NCBI GenBank assembly: GCA_964389125.1
Contig: CAYMDX010000001.1
Span: forward strand, 1 to 52,034
Length of the DNA: 52,034 bases
Reading direction: 5' to 3'
Origin: an uncultured Bacteroidales bacterium
GTDB taxonomy: Bacteria; Bacteroidota; Bacteroidia; Bacteroidales; UBA7960
Of this stretch, positions 1-9,631 are shown piece after piece. How positions within the stretch are numbered: position 1 is the first letter of the stretch; each line of letters opens with the position of its first letter. The notes under the pieces are model-generated. The model saw nothing but the letters and a program-made list of their open reading frames with translations. It was not told the DNA's origin and did no database searches. The translations under genes were made by a program, and so were the position numbers.

Positions 1-66
1 TTCTAACTTCTACCTTTACAGAGTCACAAAACATTGAATTACAAATATTAACGCAAATATAAACAC

Positions 67-675
67 ATGAGAGCACTTATTGTAACAGACATTCAAAACG
101 ACTTTTTACCGGGCGGTGCCCTGGAAGTACCGGAGGGTGATCAAATTATTCCTCTGGTGAACCAACTACAGGAAAAATTTCCGCTGGTTGTGGCTACACA
201 GGATTGGCATCCAGCCAACCATGGTAGTTTTGCCTCTGTTCATCCAGGAAAGAAACCTTTCGATTATATCGATCTGTATGGCATTGAGCAAATCCTATGG
301 CCTGATCATTGTGTTCAGGAGACCAAAGGAGCTGAATTTGCCGATGCCTTGTCGATGAATGCCATTGAAACAATATTCCGGAAGGCCCTTGACCCAAATA
401 TTGACAGTTACAGCACCTTTTTTGACAATGGACACAAAAAATCGACCGGCCTATCCGGATATTTGCAGGAAAAAGGTGTGAAACAGGTATATCTTGCCGG
501 CCTTGCCGGTGACGTTTGTGTTGCTTTCTCGGCTCTGGATGCCCTTGGGGAAGGCTTTGAAACATATTTGATCGAAGATGCTACCCGGCCTATTATCAAG
601 GATGATTTTGCAACTATGAAAGCCAAAATCACAGAAAAAGGCGGGCATATCATACAATCATCAGCCATTTTGTGA
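67..675 (+). CDS. pncA: Nicotinamidase/pyrazinamidase (isochorismatase fold)
   Basis: ATG at 67, TGA at 673-675, 202 aa. Motifs LIVTDIQNDFLPGGAL, ATQDWHPANHGSF and LAGLAGDVCV (nucleophile Cys region) are typical of PncA. Confidence 0.9.
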   Translation: MRALIVTDIQNDFLPGGALEVPEGDQIIPLVNQLQEKFPLVVATQDWHPANHGSFASVHPGKKPFDYIDLYGIEQILWPDHCVQETKGAEFADALSMNAIETIFRKALDPNIDSYSTFFDNGHKKSTGLSGYLQEKGVKQVYLAGLAGDVCVAFSALDALGEGFETYLIEDATRPIIKDDFATMKAKITEKGGHIIQSSAIL

Positions 676-684
676 TCCGTCGAC

Positions 685-1638
685 ATGACTGTCCGTTCTG
701 TTAAAATACCAAATGCACGCCTGACAGAAGGGGAAAGCTATCTTTTCCGGATTGTAAAATCTATGTCCCTGACACCGGGTGACAGCTGGTATGTATTGGA
801 GGATCCCAATGGTTACAAAATCCTTTTGCCCGGTCAGTATTATGAAAAATATGGTTTTCGGACCGGGCAGACAATACGCTGCAGGGTAGATAAAATTAAC
901 TGCAACGGCCGCATGTTTCTCGAACCCGCACATCCGCACTATGTCGAGGGTGAATCATACCAGTTTCCCGTGATAAGCAAAGGACATTACAAGAATATCA
1001 TTGAACAGGACGAATATTATTTTACGGTCAGGGACGTACTGGGGCACTACTGGAAGGTGCGTACGTATGAAAAACCATTATGGGATAACCCACCCGAACA
1101 GTTAGCGTGTATTGTAAAACGTATTAAAAAGGGGAAACTCTTCCTTGTCATTGCCGGCGAAGAGATGAGACACCCCAGCCTCGAGACAGGTAAATCTTAT
1201 CATTTTACCATCGTTGATGAAAAAATCAATCCCCTGGATCATTTCTCCTATTTTATAGTAGAAGATAAGCAAGGCAATAAACACTTGCTGAAGAAGAAAT
1301 ACTATCTTCATTATGGATTAAAAAAAGGCCGGCAGGTGAGGTGCCGTGTTGACAAGTTTGCCTCGGAGGGGTTCTTCTTTCTGGAACCCGAGCATCCATG
1401 CTACCAAATGGGAAAAACTTACCGTTTTCCGGTGGTCAGACTGGAGGAGATGGTGTTTATGGATGGTTACCGGCAAAAAGTGCTGGTGGTGCATGACTGT
1501 TTCGGGGAAGAAGTGAAAATCCACCAGGAGCATGATGAGGCTGATCGACTGAAGGACTATCAAACCATTCAGGCCAGGGTTGACAGGATCCGCAAAAGCA
1601 GACTGGAATTGGCGTTAACAGACGAAAACACTACCTGA
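685..1638 (+). CDS. Hypothetical protein built of four ~75-80 aa repeats (possible OB/S1-like modules)
   Basis: ATG at 685, 9 nt after the pncA stop, 317 aa. Repeat units begin GESYLFRIV / GESYQFPVI / GKSYHFTIV / GKTYRFPVV. Units 1 and 3 share the stretch YY.kYG...G..(I/V)RCRVDK...G..FLEP.HP.Y. No family recognised by eye. Confidence 0.6.
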   Translation: MTVRSVKIPNARLTEGESYLFRIVKSMSLTPGDSWYVLEDPNGYKILLPGQYYEKYGFRTGQTIRCRVDKINCNGRMFLEPAHPHYVEGESYQFPVISKGHYKNIIEQDEYYFTVRDVLGHYWKVRTYEKPLWDNPPEQLACIVKRIKKGKLFLVIAGEEMRHPSLETGKSYHFTIVDEKINPLDHFSYFIVEDKQGNKHLLKKKYYLHYGLKKGRQVRCRVDKFASEGFFFLEPEHPCYQMGKTYRFPVVRLEEMVFMDGYRQKVLVVHDCFGEEVKIHQEHDEADRLKDYQTIQARVDRIRKSRLELALTDENTT

Positions 1639-1921
1639 AGGTGATTTTGTCTATGGCATCCTCACCAATCTCCTCATTAAGCATCTTTATGATCTTGTTT
1701 TTTCCCATCGACAGCTCATTCCGGAGGACAGAGGAGCGCAGGTAAATAATCAATGTTCTTCTCTGCAACACGACGCGATTGGTATAGCGCGCAATGTGCT
1801 GCCCCATCACTTTTTCCCAGGAAGACATAATGCGGGTCTCTGTGATTTTGTCTTCCAGCCGGTTACGTTTTAACACTTCCCGGATAATATCGCCCAGCGA
1901 ACGTTCATTGTACCTTGACAT
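1631..1921 (-). CDS. DUF721 (DciA-like) small protein downstream of recF
   Basis: Internal ATG at 1921 (MSRYNERSLGDIIREVL...) lies 5 nt after the recF stop. The longer ORF-track start at 1993 would overlap recF. A small basic protein in the conserved recF-downstream position. Confidence 0.72.
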   Translation of the reverse strand: MSRYNERSLGDIIREVLKRNRLEDKITETRIMSSWEKVMGQHIARYTNRVVLQRRTLIIYLRSSVLRNELSMGKNKIIKMLNEEIGEDAIDKITFR

Positions 1922-1926
1922 ACCGA

Positions 1927-3051
1927 TTATGTTGTTGTGTTCAGGGTATATGTGTTGACGACACTGCCATTTTCCATGATAAACATCCTGCATTCTGCAT
2001 CTATGGCGGCAAACAACTCTTCCAGCCTTTCAGGACGGGTATCCGTAATAAAAACCTGGCCAAAATCTGCATTACCCACCAGGCGCATTAACTGCATCAC
2101 CCTGCCGGTATCCAGTTTGTCGAAAATATCATCGAAAAGCAGTATGGGGTTATATCCTTTCACCTTTTTGGTAAAGGCAAACTGGGCAAGCTTCAAAGCA
2201 ATAATAAAGGACTTTTGCTGGCCCTGGCTCCCAAATTTTTTGGCTGGCTCATTATGGATAAGAAAGGTAAGGTCGTCTTTATGAATGCCAACCGTGGTAT
2301 ACTGAACAATCCTGTCTTTTTCGAGAGCCTTATCAAGCTGATCACGAAAATCAGATTCTGTCAGGGTAGAATCATAATGAATATCGGTTGACTCCCTCTG
2401 TTCAGATAACAAAGCATAATTTTCCCTGAAGACAGGCATAAATTCCCGGAAGAAGTCTTTACGTGCCTGAAAAATGTAATGGCCATTGGTGACGAGCTGT
2501 TCATCCCAAATGTCAAGGGAGGCTTTGTCGAACTGTTTATGCTCGGCGAATGATTTCAACAGGGAGTTTCGCTGTTGCAGCGCTTTGTTGTAGTTAATCA
2601 GTTTATAGAGGTATTCTTTGTTGTATTGGGAGATAACCCCGTCAACAAATTTCCTCCGTTCTTCGCTGCCGCCGCTTATCAGCATGGTGTCAGCGGGGCT
2701 GAGCAGCACCAGGGGATAATGTCCGATATGGTCAGACAGCCGTTCATATTCTTTATTGTTGCGCTTGAAGATTTTTCGACGGCCCCTTTTTAATCCGCAA
2801 TAGAGGCTATCTGTATGGTCATTAACACGATAGTCTCCCTGAATGACAAAAAAATCTTTTTCAAACCGGATATTTTGGGAATCCACGGGGTTGGTAAAGC
2901 TTTTGCAAAATGAAAGGTAGTAAATGGCATCCAGCAGATTGGTTTTGCCGGCCCCGTTATGGCCGGCAAAACAATTAAATTTTTTGGAGAACGTCAGATT
3001 CAGTTCTTCCAGGTTCTTCAGTTGAATGACATGTAGCTTTTCACAATGCAT
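1927..3051 (-). CDS. recF: DNA replication and repair protein RecF
   Basis: 374 aa. Walker A GHNGAGKTNLLDAI, signature-like FGSQGQQKS, Walker B LLFDDIFDKLD. Confidence 0.93.
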   Translation of the reverse strand: MHCEKLHVIQLKNLEELNLTFSKKFNCFAGHNGAGKTNLLDAIYYLSFCKSFTNPVDSQNIRFEKDFFVIQGDYRVNDHTDSLYCGLKRGRRKIFKRNNKEYERLSDHIGHYPLVLLSPADTMLISGGSEERRKFVDGVISQYNKEYLYKLINYNKALQQRNSLLKSFAEHKQFDKASLDIWDEQLVTNGHYIFQARKDFFREFMPVFRENYALLSEQRESTDIHYDSTLTESDFRDQLDKALEKDRIVQYTTVGIHKDDLTFLIHNEPAKKFGSQGQQKSFIIALKLAQFAFTKKVKGYNPILLFDDIFDKLDTGRVMQLMRLVGNADFGQVFITDTRPERLEELFAAIDAECRMFIMENGSVVNTYTLNTTT

Positions 3052-3060
3052 GGGGTTTAC

Positions 3061-3807
3061 CTATTTATGCATCCCCCCGCAAACAGTAAAGACCTGTCCG
3101 GTGACATAGGCAGCCATATCAGAGGCGAGGAAAACCGCCATATTGGCGACATCTTCAGGTTTGCCTGCCCGTTTCAGCGGTATCTGTTCGGCCCAGTCTT
3201 TTTTGACTTCTTCCGGCAGTTTTGCGGTCATTTCCGTTTCAATAAACCCGGGTGCGATGGCATTAACCCGGATATTACGGGCGCCAACTTCCTGTGCCAC
3301 CGACTTGGTGAATGATACCAGCCCGCCCTTGGATGCAGCGTAGTTTGCTTGTCCGGCATTACCGCCTAATCCGACAACAGAGCTCATGTTGATGATGCTC
3401 CCGCTGCGCTGCTTCAGCATGAATTTCTGCGATGCTTTCGTAAGGTTAAAGGCCGATTTCAGGTTTACCCTGATCACATCATCCCACATGTCTTCTGACA
3501 TTCGCATCATCAGCGTGTCACGGGTGATACCAGCATTATTTACCAGGATGTCGATACGACCGAAATGGTCGATGATAGCTTGGATCAGTTCTTCACTGTC
3601 TGCCATAACGCTGGCATCAGAAGCATAAGCCTTTGCTTCAACGCCTTTCTGCTGAAGGGTTTTCTCCAGCTCCTTGGCAGTGTCATCATACACCAGATCA
3701 GAAAATGCCACATTGGCTCCCTGTTCTGCGAATGCAAGAGCTATTGCTCTTCCAATACCACGTGAACCACCGGTTACCAAAGCCGTTTTACCTTCCAATA
3801 ATTTCAT
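3061..3807 (-). CDS. fabG: 3-oxoacyl-[acyl-carrier-protein] reductase (classical SDR)
   Basis: 248 aa. TGGSRGIGRAIA cofactor motif, NNAGITRD, and catalytic YAASKGG (YxxxK). Confidence 0.88.
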   Translation of the reverse strand: MKLLEGKTALVTGGSRGIGRAIALAFAEQGANVAFSDLVYDDTAKELEKTLQQKGVEAKAYASDASVMADSEELIQAIIDHFGRIDILVNNAGITRDTLMMRMSEDMWDDVIRVNLKSAFNLTKASQKFMLKQRSGSIINMSSVVGLGGNAGQANYAASKGGLVSFTKSVAQEVGARNIRVNAIAPGFIETEMTAKLPEEVKKDWAEQIPLKRAGKPEDVANMAVFLASDMAAYVTGQVFTVCGGMHK

Positions 3808-3939
3808 ATCCCTTTTCTTTTAAATGATCATTATACATGCCGGGATGAACAGGCAGGCTGAATTCACCAGCAAACCCATTCACCCCGGAACGCTTATATT
3901 TTATGTATAAATATACATGAAATTTGGTGACAATCGTTA

Positions 3940-6900
3940 TCAAATCCATCTGATCAGGTTGAAATCCTGCCGATGGGCAAGAGCCGGGTTTTTGGGGAAC
4001 ATCCGGAAAGCATAGTTAAACTCTCCTGTTCGGTCGGCCGGAACCTCACAGGTAAAGGTCACCTGGTTTTCTTTGCTTTCTTTCTGCTTCATTTCAAACA
4101 CGGAAACGACTTCGCGCCTTCCTTCCGTTGATTGATGAACAAAAATGACCTCTACACCAACTGTTGATGCCTGAATGTCACCGATATCAAGGGTTAGTTC
4201 AGCCCTGAACAGTTCGCCCAGGAGCAATGTCTTGCCTGAGTTGCTCAGCAATTTCTTATCCACAACCTCTATGCTGTCCCAGGCACGTATGATCTTATTC
4301 TTCCAGTGCACCAGCTCTCTGGCTGCTTTGTATTTATTCTTGCTGATCCTTTCTGATGAATCAAACAACGGGTTATAGAATGTCTTAAAGTAGTCGTCGA
4401 GCATTCGTTTGTTGGTGTAATGCGGTGCTACTTTGGCAATACAATTTTTGATCCATCTTACCCACTCAGCCGGTATACCATCTTTATCATGATCATAGAA
4501 CATGGGAACAATCTCACTCTCAAATGTATTGTAGATCGTCTCGGCATCCATTTCATTCTGGAACTCCTGGTTTTCAAAGGTTTTTTCTTCTTTAAGCTTC
4601 CAGCCGGTTTCTTCCACGTATCCTTCAGCCCACCAGCCATCGAGGACACTGAAATTCATTACACCGTTAAGGGTGGCTTTCTGGCCGCTGGTTCCGGAAG
4701 CTTCCATGGGCCTGGTGGGCGTATTCAGCCAAATATCCACTCCTTTAACCAACTCCCGGCCAAGCTCCATGTCATAGTCTTCCAGGAAGATGATCTTACC
4801 CTGAAATTCTTTGCGACGGCTGATTTCCAGAATATGTTTAATCAGTTCCTGACCTGCCTTGTCAGCAGGGTGGGCTTTACCGGCATAGATAAACTGAACG
4901 GGCCGGTCCGGGTTATTCACAATTTTGGAGAGACGTTCAAGATCATTAAACAGCAGATGCGCCCGTTTGTATGTGGCAAAGCGACGGGCGAAGCCGACCG
5001 TCAGCGTATTCTCATCAACGGCATCCATGAGTTGATAGATCTTGCGTGGTGTTTCCTGCCGGCGTTCAAGGTTCTTGAGCATGCGCTTCCGCAGAAAATC
5101 AAGCAGCTCTTTTCTCCTGGCGTTACGAATATCCCATATTTTCTTATCGGGGACATCATAGATCTTTTCCCATGCGGATGGATTGGAAACATCTTTCAGG
5201 AAATTACCGCCGAACGTTTCTTTATAGAGTTGCTGCCATTCCTTGGCTGTCCATGATCCGTAATGAACCCCGTTTGTCACATGTCCGATATGCAACTCCT
5301 CAGGAAAATAGCCCGGATAAAGGTCTTTAAGCATGTTTCTGGAAACCCCACCGTGGATTTTACTAACGCCATTGATCTGTTGCGACAGCTTGGCAGCGAG
5401 GACACTCATGGAATAATCTTCATCGGGATCCTGTGGATTCATCTTACCGAGCCCCATGAAATTGTTCCACGATATACCCAGACGGTCGGCATAATGCGGC
5501 ATATAGGTGCGCAGCATGTCTTCACTGAAAAAGTCGTGCCCGGCAGGTACCGGTGTATGGGTCGTAAACAGACTGCTTGCCCTGACAACTTCCATCGCTT
5601 CATGAAAACTCAGTCGGTCTTCCATGACAATCTTGCGTAGCCGTTCAAGACCAGTAAAGGCAGCATGGCCTTCGTTGCAATGATAGACATCGGGTTTTAA
5701 CCCGAGTGCATCAAGTACGCGAATACCACCGATTCCCAGGAGAAATTCCTGCTTAAAACGGTTCTCCCAATCACCTCCGTAAAGCTGGTGGGTAATGAAA
5801 CGGTCGGAAGCAGCGTTTTCGGAAATATCTGTGTCCAACAGATAAAGCGGCACCCTGCCTACATCCACACGCCATATACGCGCCTGCAATGTACGGCCAG
5901 GGAAGGCAATGCTGATCTTTATACGCTTTCCTTTTTCATCCCGTACCGGAACAGCAGACATACTGGCGAAGTCATGCGGATGATAGGTGTCGACCTGTTC
6001 GCCATGCAATGACAGACTCTGAGTGAAATAGCCATACCTGTATAAAAGACCAATACCTATAAGGTCGCTGTTATCATCGCTGGCCTGTTTCAGATGATCT
6101 CCGGCAAGGATACCCAAACCACCCGAATAAATTTTGATGGTTTCATGAAGACCGTACTCCATGGAATAATAGGCAATTTGTTTGGATGTTTTCTTTTTGC
6201 CGGCATCCATGTAGTCTTTAAATTTGTTGACTACCTCGTCGTATTTTTTCATGAAGGCCTTGTCATTAATAAGGCGTTCATAATGATCCATGGATAAATT
6301 ATCAAGCAGGATGACCGGGTTGTTTTTGCATGATTCCCACAATTCGGGATCAATGGTTTCAAACAATTCAGTTGCCTCATAGTTCCATGTCCACCATAAA
6401 TTTCTGGCAAGTTCAGGCAATGATTTCAATGGTTCCGGTACCTTGATATCGATCGTAACTTTTTTCCACTTTGGCCGCATGGTATCCACGGGCGGCATGG
6501 TCACGGTCCAGACCGGCTGTTTTTTGTCTTTAAACTGTTCATGACGCTCTCCTGAGAGCTTAACAGCCCGCTGAAAAGCTTCTTCATAGTAGGATATCTG
6601 TATTTCCCATGAAATACTGTCAGCAATCTCCCGGCTTTTGCGGCGGCCATCGATCAGGTTTCCATGGGCAAGCGGATCCGATTCATGGTCGGCGGCTGTA
6701 AATGCGGTATCCTTCACGCCCTGGAGCCACTTTTTAAGAAGATCGGTCAGTTCTTCAATAACTTCTTTTTTATTGTAGTCATCCCTTTTCAGCACATGAC
6801 AGGCTACACCGGCGTCTTTATGAAACTCGGTAACCCAGCGGGCAAAACCGGAAAGAGAGGATGTGACCGTGGGTACCTGCATGGCGATACTTTCCATTGG

Positions 6901-8229
6901 CGTATACCCCCATGGCTCATAATAGGAAGGAAAGACAGTGGTATCAAACCCAAGGAGCAGATCATAATAATTCATATTGAGCAGTCCGTCCTCACCATTG
7001 AGGTAAGCCGGTATGAAAACAACTTTTACACTGTCGTCCGGACGGTTAAAAAGCCCGGCCTGCTGAAAATGCTGTAATATGATATCACTCTCAGGATCAT
7101 GAAGCTTATGTGTAAGATACTCGTTGTGCAAAGGGTTCTTGTAATCCTGCGATTGCATCCTGTCAGCTACCTCCTTGCGGGGACCATCGTGACCGGCAGG
7201 AATCATAATGAAGTTTACAACAGGATGATCCGGCTGTGCCCTGTTAATATTACCAAGGGATTCAATAAGGATATCAATCCCTTTATTACGATATTCATAC
7301 CTGCCGCTATGGGCGATAAGCAGCGTGTTTTCAGGAAGATCCTGGTTTAATAGTCCGCTGGCTACCCCTAATAATTTATTCCTTGCCTTTTGACGTTTTT
7401 CGCTTATCGTATCAGCAGAAGGCTTCAAGTGAGGGTCAAAGCCATTGGGAGTGATTACATCCGGCTTTTTACCAAGCAGGTACTCACACTCAGTTGCGGT
7501 ATTCGACGACACGGTCGTGAAAGAATCTGCGTTATGAGCCGCAACTTTTTCCAGGCTGAATTTTGAGGCAATGTTAAGCTCAGAGGCTTTCGCTTCGGGA
7601 TCTATCTGATCAAGCTGATCATATAGTGCCATACCACGTCCGGAAATGGATCGTCCAAGGGTTGTGGCATGTGTTGTAAACACTTTTCCTGCCTGAGGGA
7701 CACGATCTTTCAGGTACAAAACACCGGTTCCGGTCATCCACTCATGAAAATGCGCGACAAACCGGTCATGGGCAGTAAGATAGAAATCATAAAAACTCTC
7801 AATAACCTGTCCGACAGCATAGCCAAACATAGCCGGTTCCGTATAGTCCCACTGACCACTCAGGGAGTTAAGCCCGAACTTAAGCCAGAAATCACTGAAA
7901 ATCTTATCCTTCTGACTGAATAAAGGGGTGAAATCGACCAGAACAGCTACCGGTTGACCAGGTATCTGCCAGCGTCCGATACGCAGGTTGAGGCCCTCCT
8001 GTAAAGCATATTCACGCCAGGTACGGTACAACTCCTCATCTTCGATAAACTCCGGGTTGCGATGTGTTTCTTTCCATACATCAGGCCCGATCGTAATATA
8101 ATTGTCACCATAATGCTCCGTCAGAAGATGGGCTTTGGTACTGATAACAGTGTGTATCCCACCAATCTTATTACACACTTCCCAACTCGTTTCAAATATA
8201 TAATCCGCTTTTGTTTTCTGTTTGTTCAT
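3940..8229 (-). CDS. Fused GT3-type glycogen synthase / GT35 alpha-glucan phosphorylase
   Basis: Single uninterrupted 1429-aa ORF. The N-terminal ~560 aa starts FETSWEVCNKIGGIHTVISTKA (eukaryote-like GT3 glycogen synthase signature). The C-terminal ~830 aa carries WWTWNYEA (N-terminal region of alpha-glucan phosphorylases) and the PLP-lysine motif EASGTSGQKATLNGV. Confidence 0.85.
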   Translation of the reverse strand: MNKQKTKADYIFETSWEVCNKIGGIHTVISTKAHLLTEHYGDNYITIGPDVWKETHRNPEFIEDEELYRTWREYALQEGLNLRIGRWQIPGQPVAVLVDFTPLFSQKDKIFSDFWLKFGLNSLSGQWDYTEPAMFGYAVGQVIESFYDFYLTAHDRFVAHFHEWMTGTGVLYLKDRVPQAGKVFTTHATTLGRSISGRGMALYDQLDQIDPEAKASELNIASKFSLEKVAAHNADSFTTVSSNTATECEYLLGKKPDVITPNGFDPHLKPSADTISEKRQKARNKLLGVASGLLNQDLPENTLLIAHSGRYEYRNKGIDILIESLGNINRAQPDHPVVNFIMIPAGHDGPRKEVADRMQSQDYKNPLHNEYLTHKLHDPESDIILQHFQQAGLFNRPDDSVKVVFIPAYLNGEDGLLNMNYYDLLLGFDTTVFPSYYEPWGYTPMESIAMQVPTVTSSLSGFARWVTEFHKDAGVACHVLKRDDYNKKEVIEELTDLLKKWLQGVKDTAFTAADHESDPLAHGNLIDGRRKSREIADSISWEIQISYYEEAFQRAVKLSGERHEQFKDKKQPVWTVTMPPVDTMRPKWKKVTIDIKVPEPLKSLPELARNLWWTWNYEATELFETIDPELWESCKNNPVILLDNLSMDHYERLINDKAFMKKYDEVVNKFKDYMDAGKKKTSKQIAYYSMEYGLHETIKIYSGGLGILAGDHLKQASDDNSDLIGIGLLYRYGYFTQSLSLHGEQVDTYHPHDFASMSAVPVRDEKGKRIKISIAFPGRTLQARIWRVDVGRVPLYLLDTDISENAASDRFITHQLYGGDWENRFKQEFLLGIGGIRVLDALGLKPDVYHCNEGHAAFTGLERLRKIVMEDRLSFHEAMEVVRASSLFTTHTPVPAGHDFFSEDMLRTYMPHYADRLGISWNNFMGLGKMNPQDPDEDYSMSVLAAKLSQQINGVSKIHGGVSRNMLKDLYPGYFPEELHIGHVTNGVHYGSWTAKEWQQLYKETFGGNFLKDVSNPSAWEKIYDVPDKKIWDIRNARRKELLDFLRKRMLKNLERRQETPRKIYQLMDAVDENTLTVGFARRFATYKRAHLLFNDLERLSKIVNNPDRPVQFIYAGKAHPADKAGQELIKHILEISRRKEFQGKIIFLEDYDMELGRELVKGVDIWLNTPTRPMEASGTSGQKATLNGVMNFSVLDGWWAEGYVEETGWKLKEEKTFENQEFQNEMDAETIYNTFESEIVPMFYDHDKDGIPAEWVRWIKNCIAKVAPHYTNKRMLDDYFKTFYNPLFDSSERISKNKYKAARELVHWKNKIIRAWDSIEVVDKKLLSNSGKTLLLGELFRAELTLDIGDIQASTVGVEVIFVHQSTEGRREVVSVFEMKQKESKENQVTFTCEVPADRTGEFNYAFRMFPKNPALAHRQDFNLIRWI

Positions 8230-8550
8230 GATAATTGTTATTTATTTTAATAAATGATCTTCTCAAAAAGGAACGTGAAATTAAGAAAAATTTCAATACC
8301 CGAATGGCTATATGTAAGATCTTGTTAAAACCAGGCTTGACACTTGCATTACCGTAAGACCTAACTTCCAGTAACCGGTATTATTAGTCCACGGGGGTAG
8401 AGCCGACCCATCTGCTATTCTCCAGGTTCATACAATTACATATATCAAAGAAACACATAAGTTGTGCATTATGTTTATCCGGTAGTGGATAGGTGTATAG
8501 CATTTTTGATGATGGAAAAGGGTAAGAAACCAGGTGAAAACAGCGATAGG

Positions 8551-9558
8551 TCACTCGTCATACGATCGTCCGGCCGGTTCAGTAACCTGTTCCCATTCTT
8601 TCTCTTTACCTGACAGAAAGGCTTTCAGACGCTGACTGATGGTTTTTCTCTCCAGGGGCTTCAGGTCAGGCTGACCAGCGTTAACCCATGCGGTAAACCA
8701 GTAATTTCCAGCGGCCAGGGCGGCACGGCGCATTTGTCTTTCTACCATCTGATTCAGACTGATATGGAAAGCCTCGGAGAAATCACGGGAATACACCCGT
8801 GTTGTTGTCCGTCCCCGCATCTCCCAGGCATACATCATGTTTTTGGGAAGGTGTATCATCAGACTGTCAAACACATGATAGATGGTGTCTACTTTCAGAT
8901 GACTGGTTTTTACGAGGTCCCATGCTTCCGTCAGAGGGTCTGAAATGTATGTCGCCTGGCCGGTAAAATAGGTGTATTCTTCAGCATAAAGTTCCGGAAG
9001 GCGGCTTTCCCAGAAGGCATGTATCCCTCTTTCGGCGGGTGTCCTGCCATTATAGTATTTGGTGGTATGCAACGGCGTGCAGGCATCTGCTAGATAGTGA
9101 CCCAGGTGTGCAGAATGGAGGATGATCATGTCGACATCATTTTGTTTGAACGCATAGGTAAGCCGGTGCATCATCGTATGGATATGCCAGGGCAGAACGC
9201 CATATGTCATCAGGGTATCTTCGGTAAACTGTTCGACAGCATCTTCCCAGTTTCGTGGCATGACGGCGAAAGGATCCTCTCCGAAATGATCGATATCAAT
9301 ATAATGCCTGGGGGCTTCTCCTTCTACGGCATGGGCGCGACGGTCCGGGTCAATGGAACGTTCGGCGACGAATTCTATATGGTGTTTATACAGACCTATC
9401 ATTTCGGGTGGCAGGGTAAAAACAGCCATCCGGTTGATCTGCCGGTGTGCATGAAAGCCAAAGGTAAATCCCGTGGCTGGCAAAAGCAATAGGATGATGA
9501 AGGTCAATATCCCCGCTTTTGAAATAACGAAAAATGAAATGCCGGCAACCCTTCTCAT
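8551..9558 (-). CDS. Exported zinc-dependent phospholipase C / S1-P1 nuclease superfamily protein (tentative)
   Basis: 335 aa with a hydrophobic N-terminal signal. Predicted mature end FGFHAHRQIN. The His/Asp-rich segments HYIDIDHFGE and HSAHLGHYLADACTPLH resemble the Zn-site motifs of this fold. Assignment is from memory only. Confidence 0.5.
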   Translation of the reverse strand: MRRVAGISFFVISKAGILTFIILLLLPATGFTFGFHAHRQINRMAVFTLPPEMIGLYKHHIEFVAERSIDPDRRAHAVEGEAPRHYIDIDHFGEDPFAVMPRNWEDAVEQFTEDTLMTYGVLPWHIHTMMHRLTYAFKQNDVDMIILHSAHLGHYLADACTPLHTTKYYNGRTPAERGIHAFWESRLPELYAEEYTYFTGQATYISDPLTEAWDLVKTSHLKVDTIYHVFDSLMIHLPKNMMYAWEMRGRTTTRVYSRDFSEAFHISLNQMVERQMRRAALAAGNYWFTAWVNAGQPDLKPLERKTISQRLKAFLSGKEKEWEQVTEPAGRSYDE

Positions 9559-9631
9559 AACACATTATTATAGGCGATATAAAAGTCGACAAATAATGTA
9601 TTCTTTCCTACAAAAAGGATATTAAAAAACC

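Noticed and set aside
3904-3919. ATGTATA-AA-TATACAT palindrome after the glycogen-fusion stop codon
   Set aside because: It is a 7-bp all-AT stem with a 2-nt loop and no following U-tract on the minus strand, which is too weak to call a terminator.
4420-5256. 278-aa plus-strand ORF
   Set aside because: It is completely embedded antisense in the phosphorylase half of the 1429-aa gene, which has clear family motifs. There is no independent support.
8230-8550. Possible tRNA, riboswitch or known structured RNA in the long spacer
   Set aside because: I could not recognise a tRNA cloverleaf, a B12/TPP/SAM box, or SRP, tmRNA or RNase P signature sequences by eye. It is kept only as a low-interest finding.
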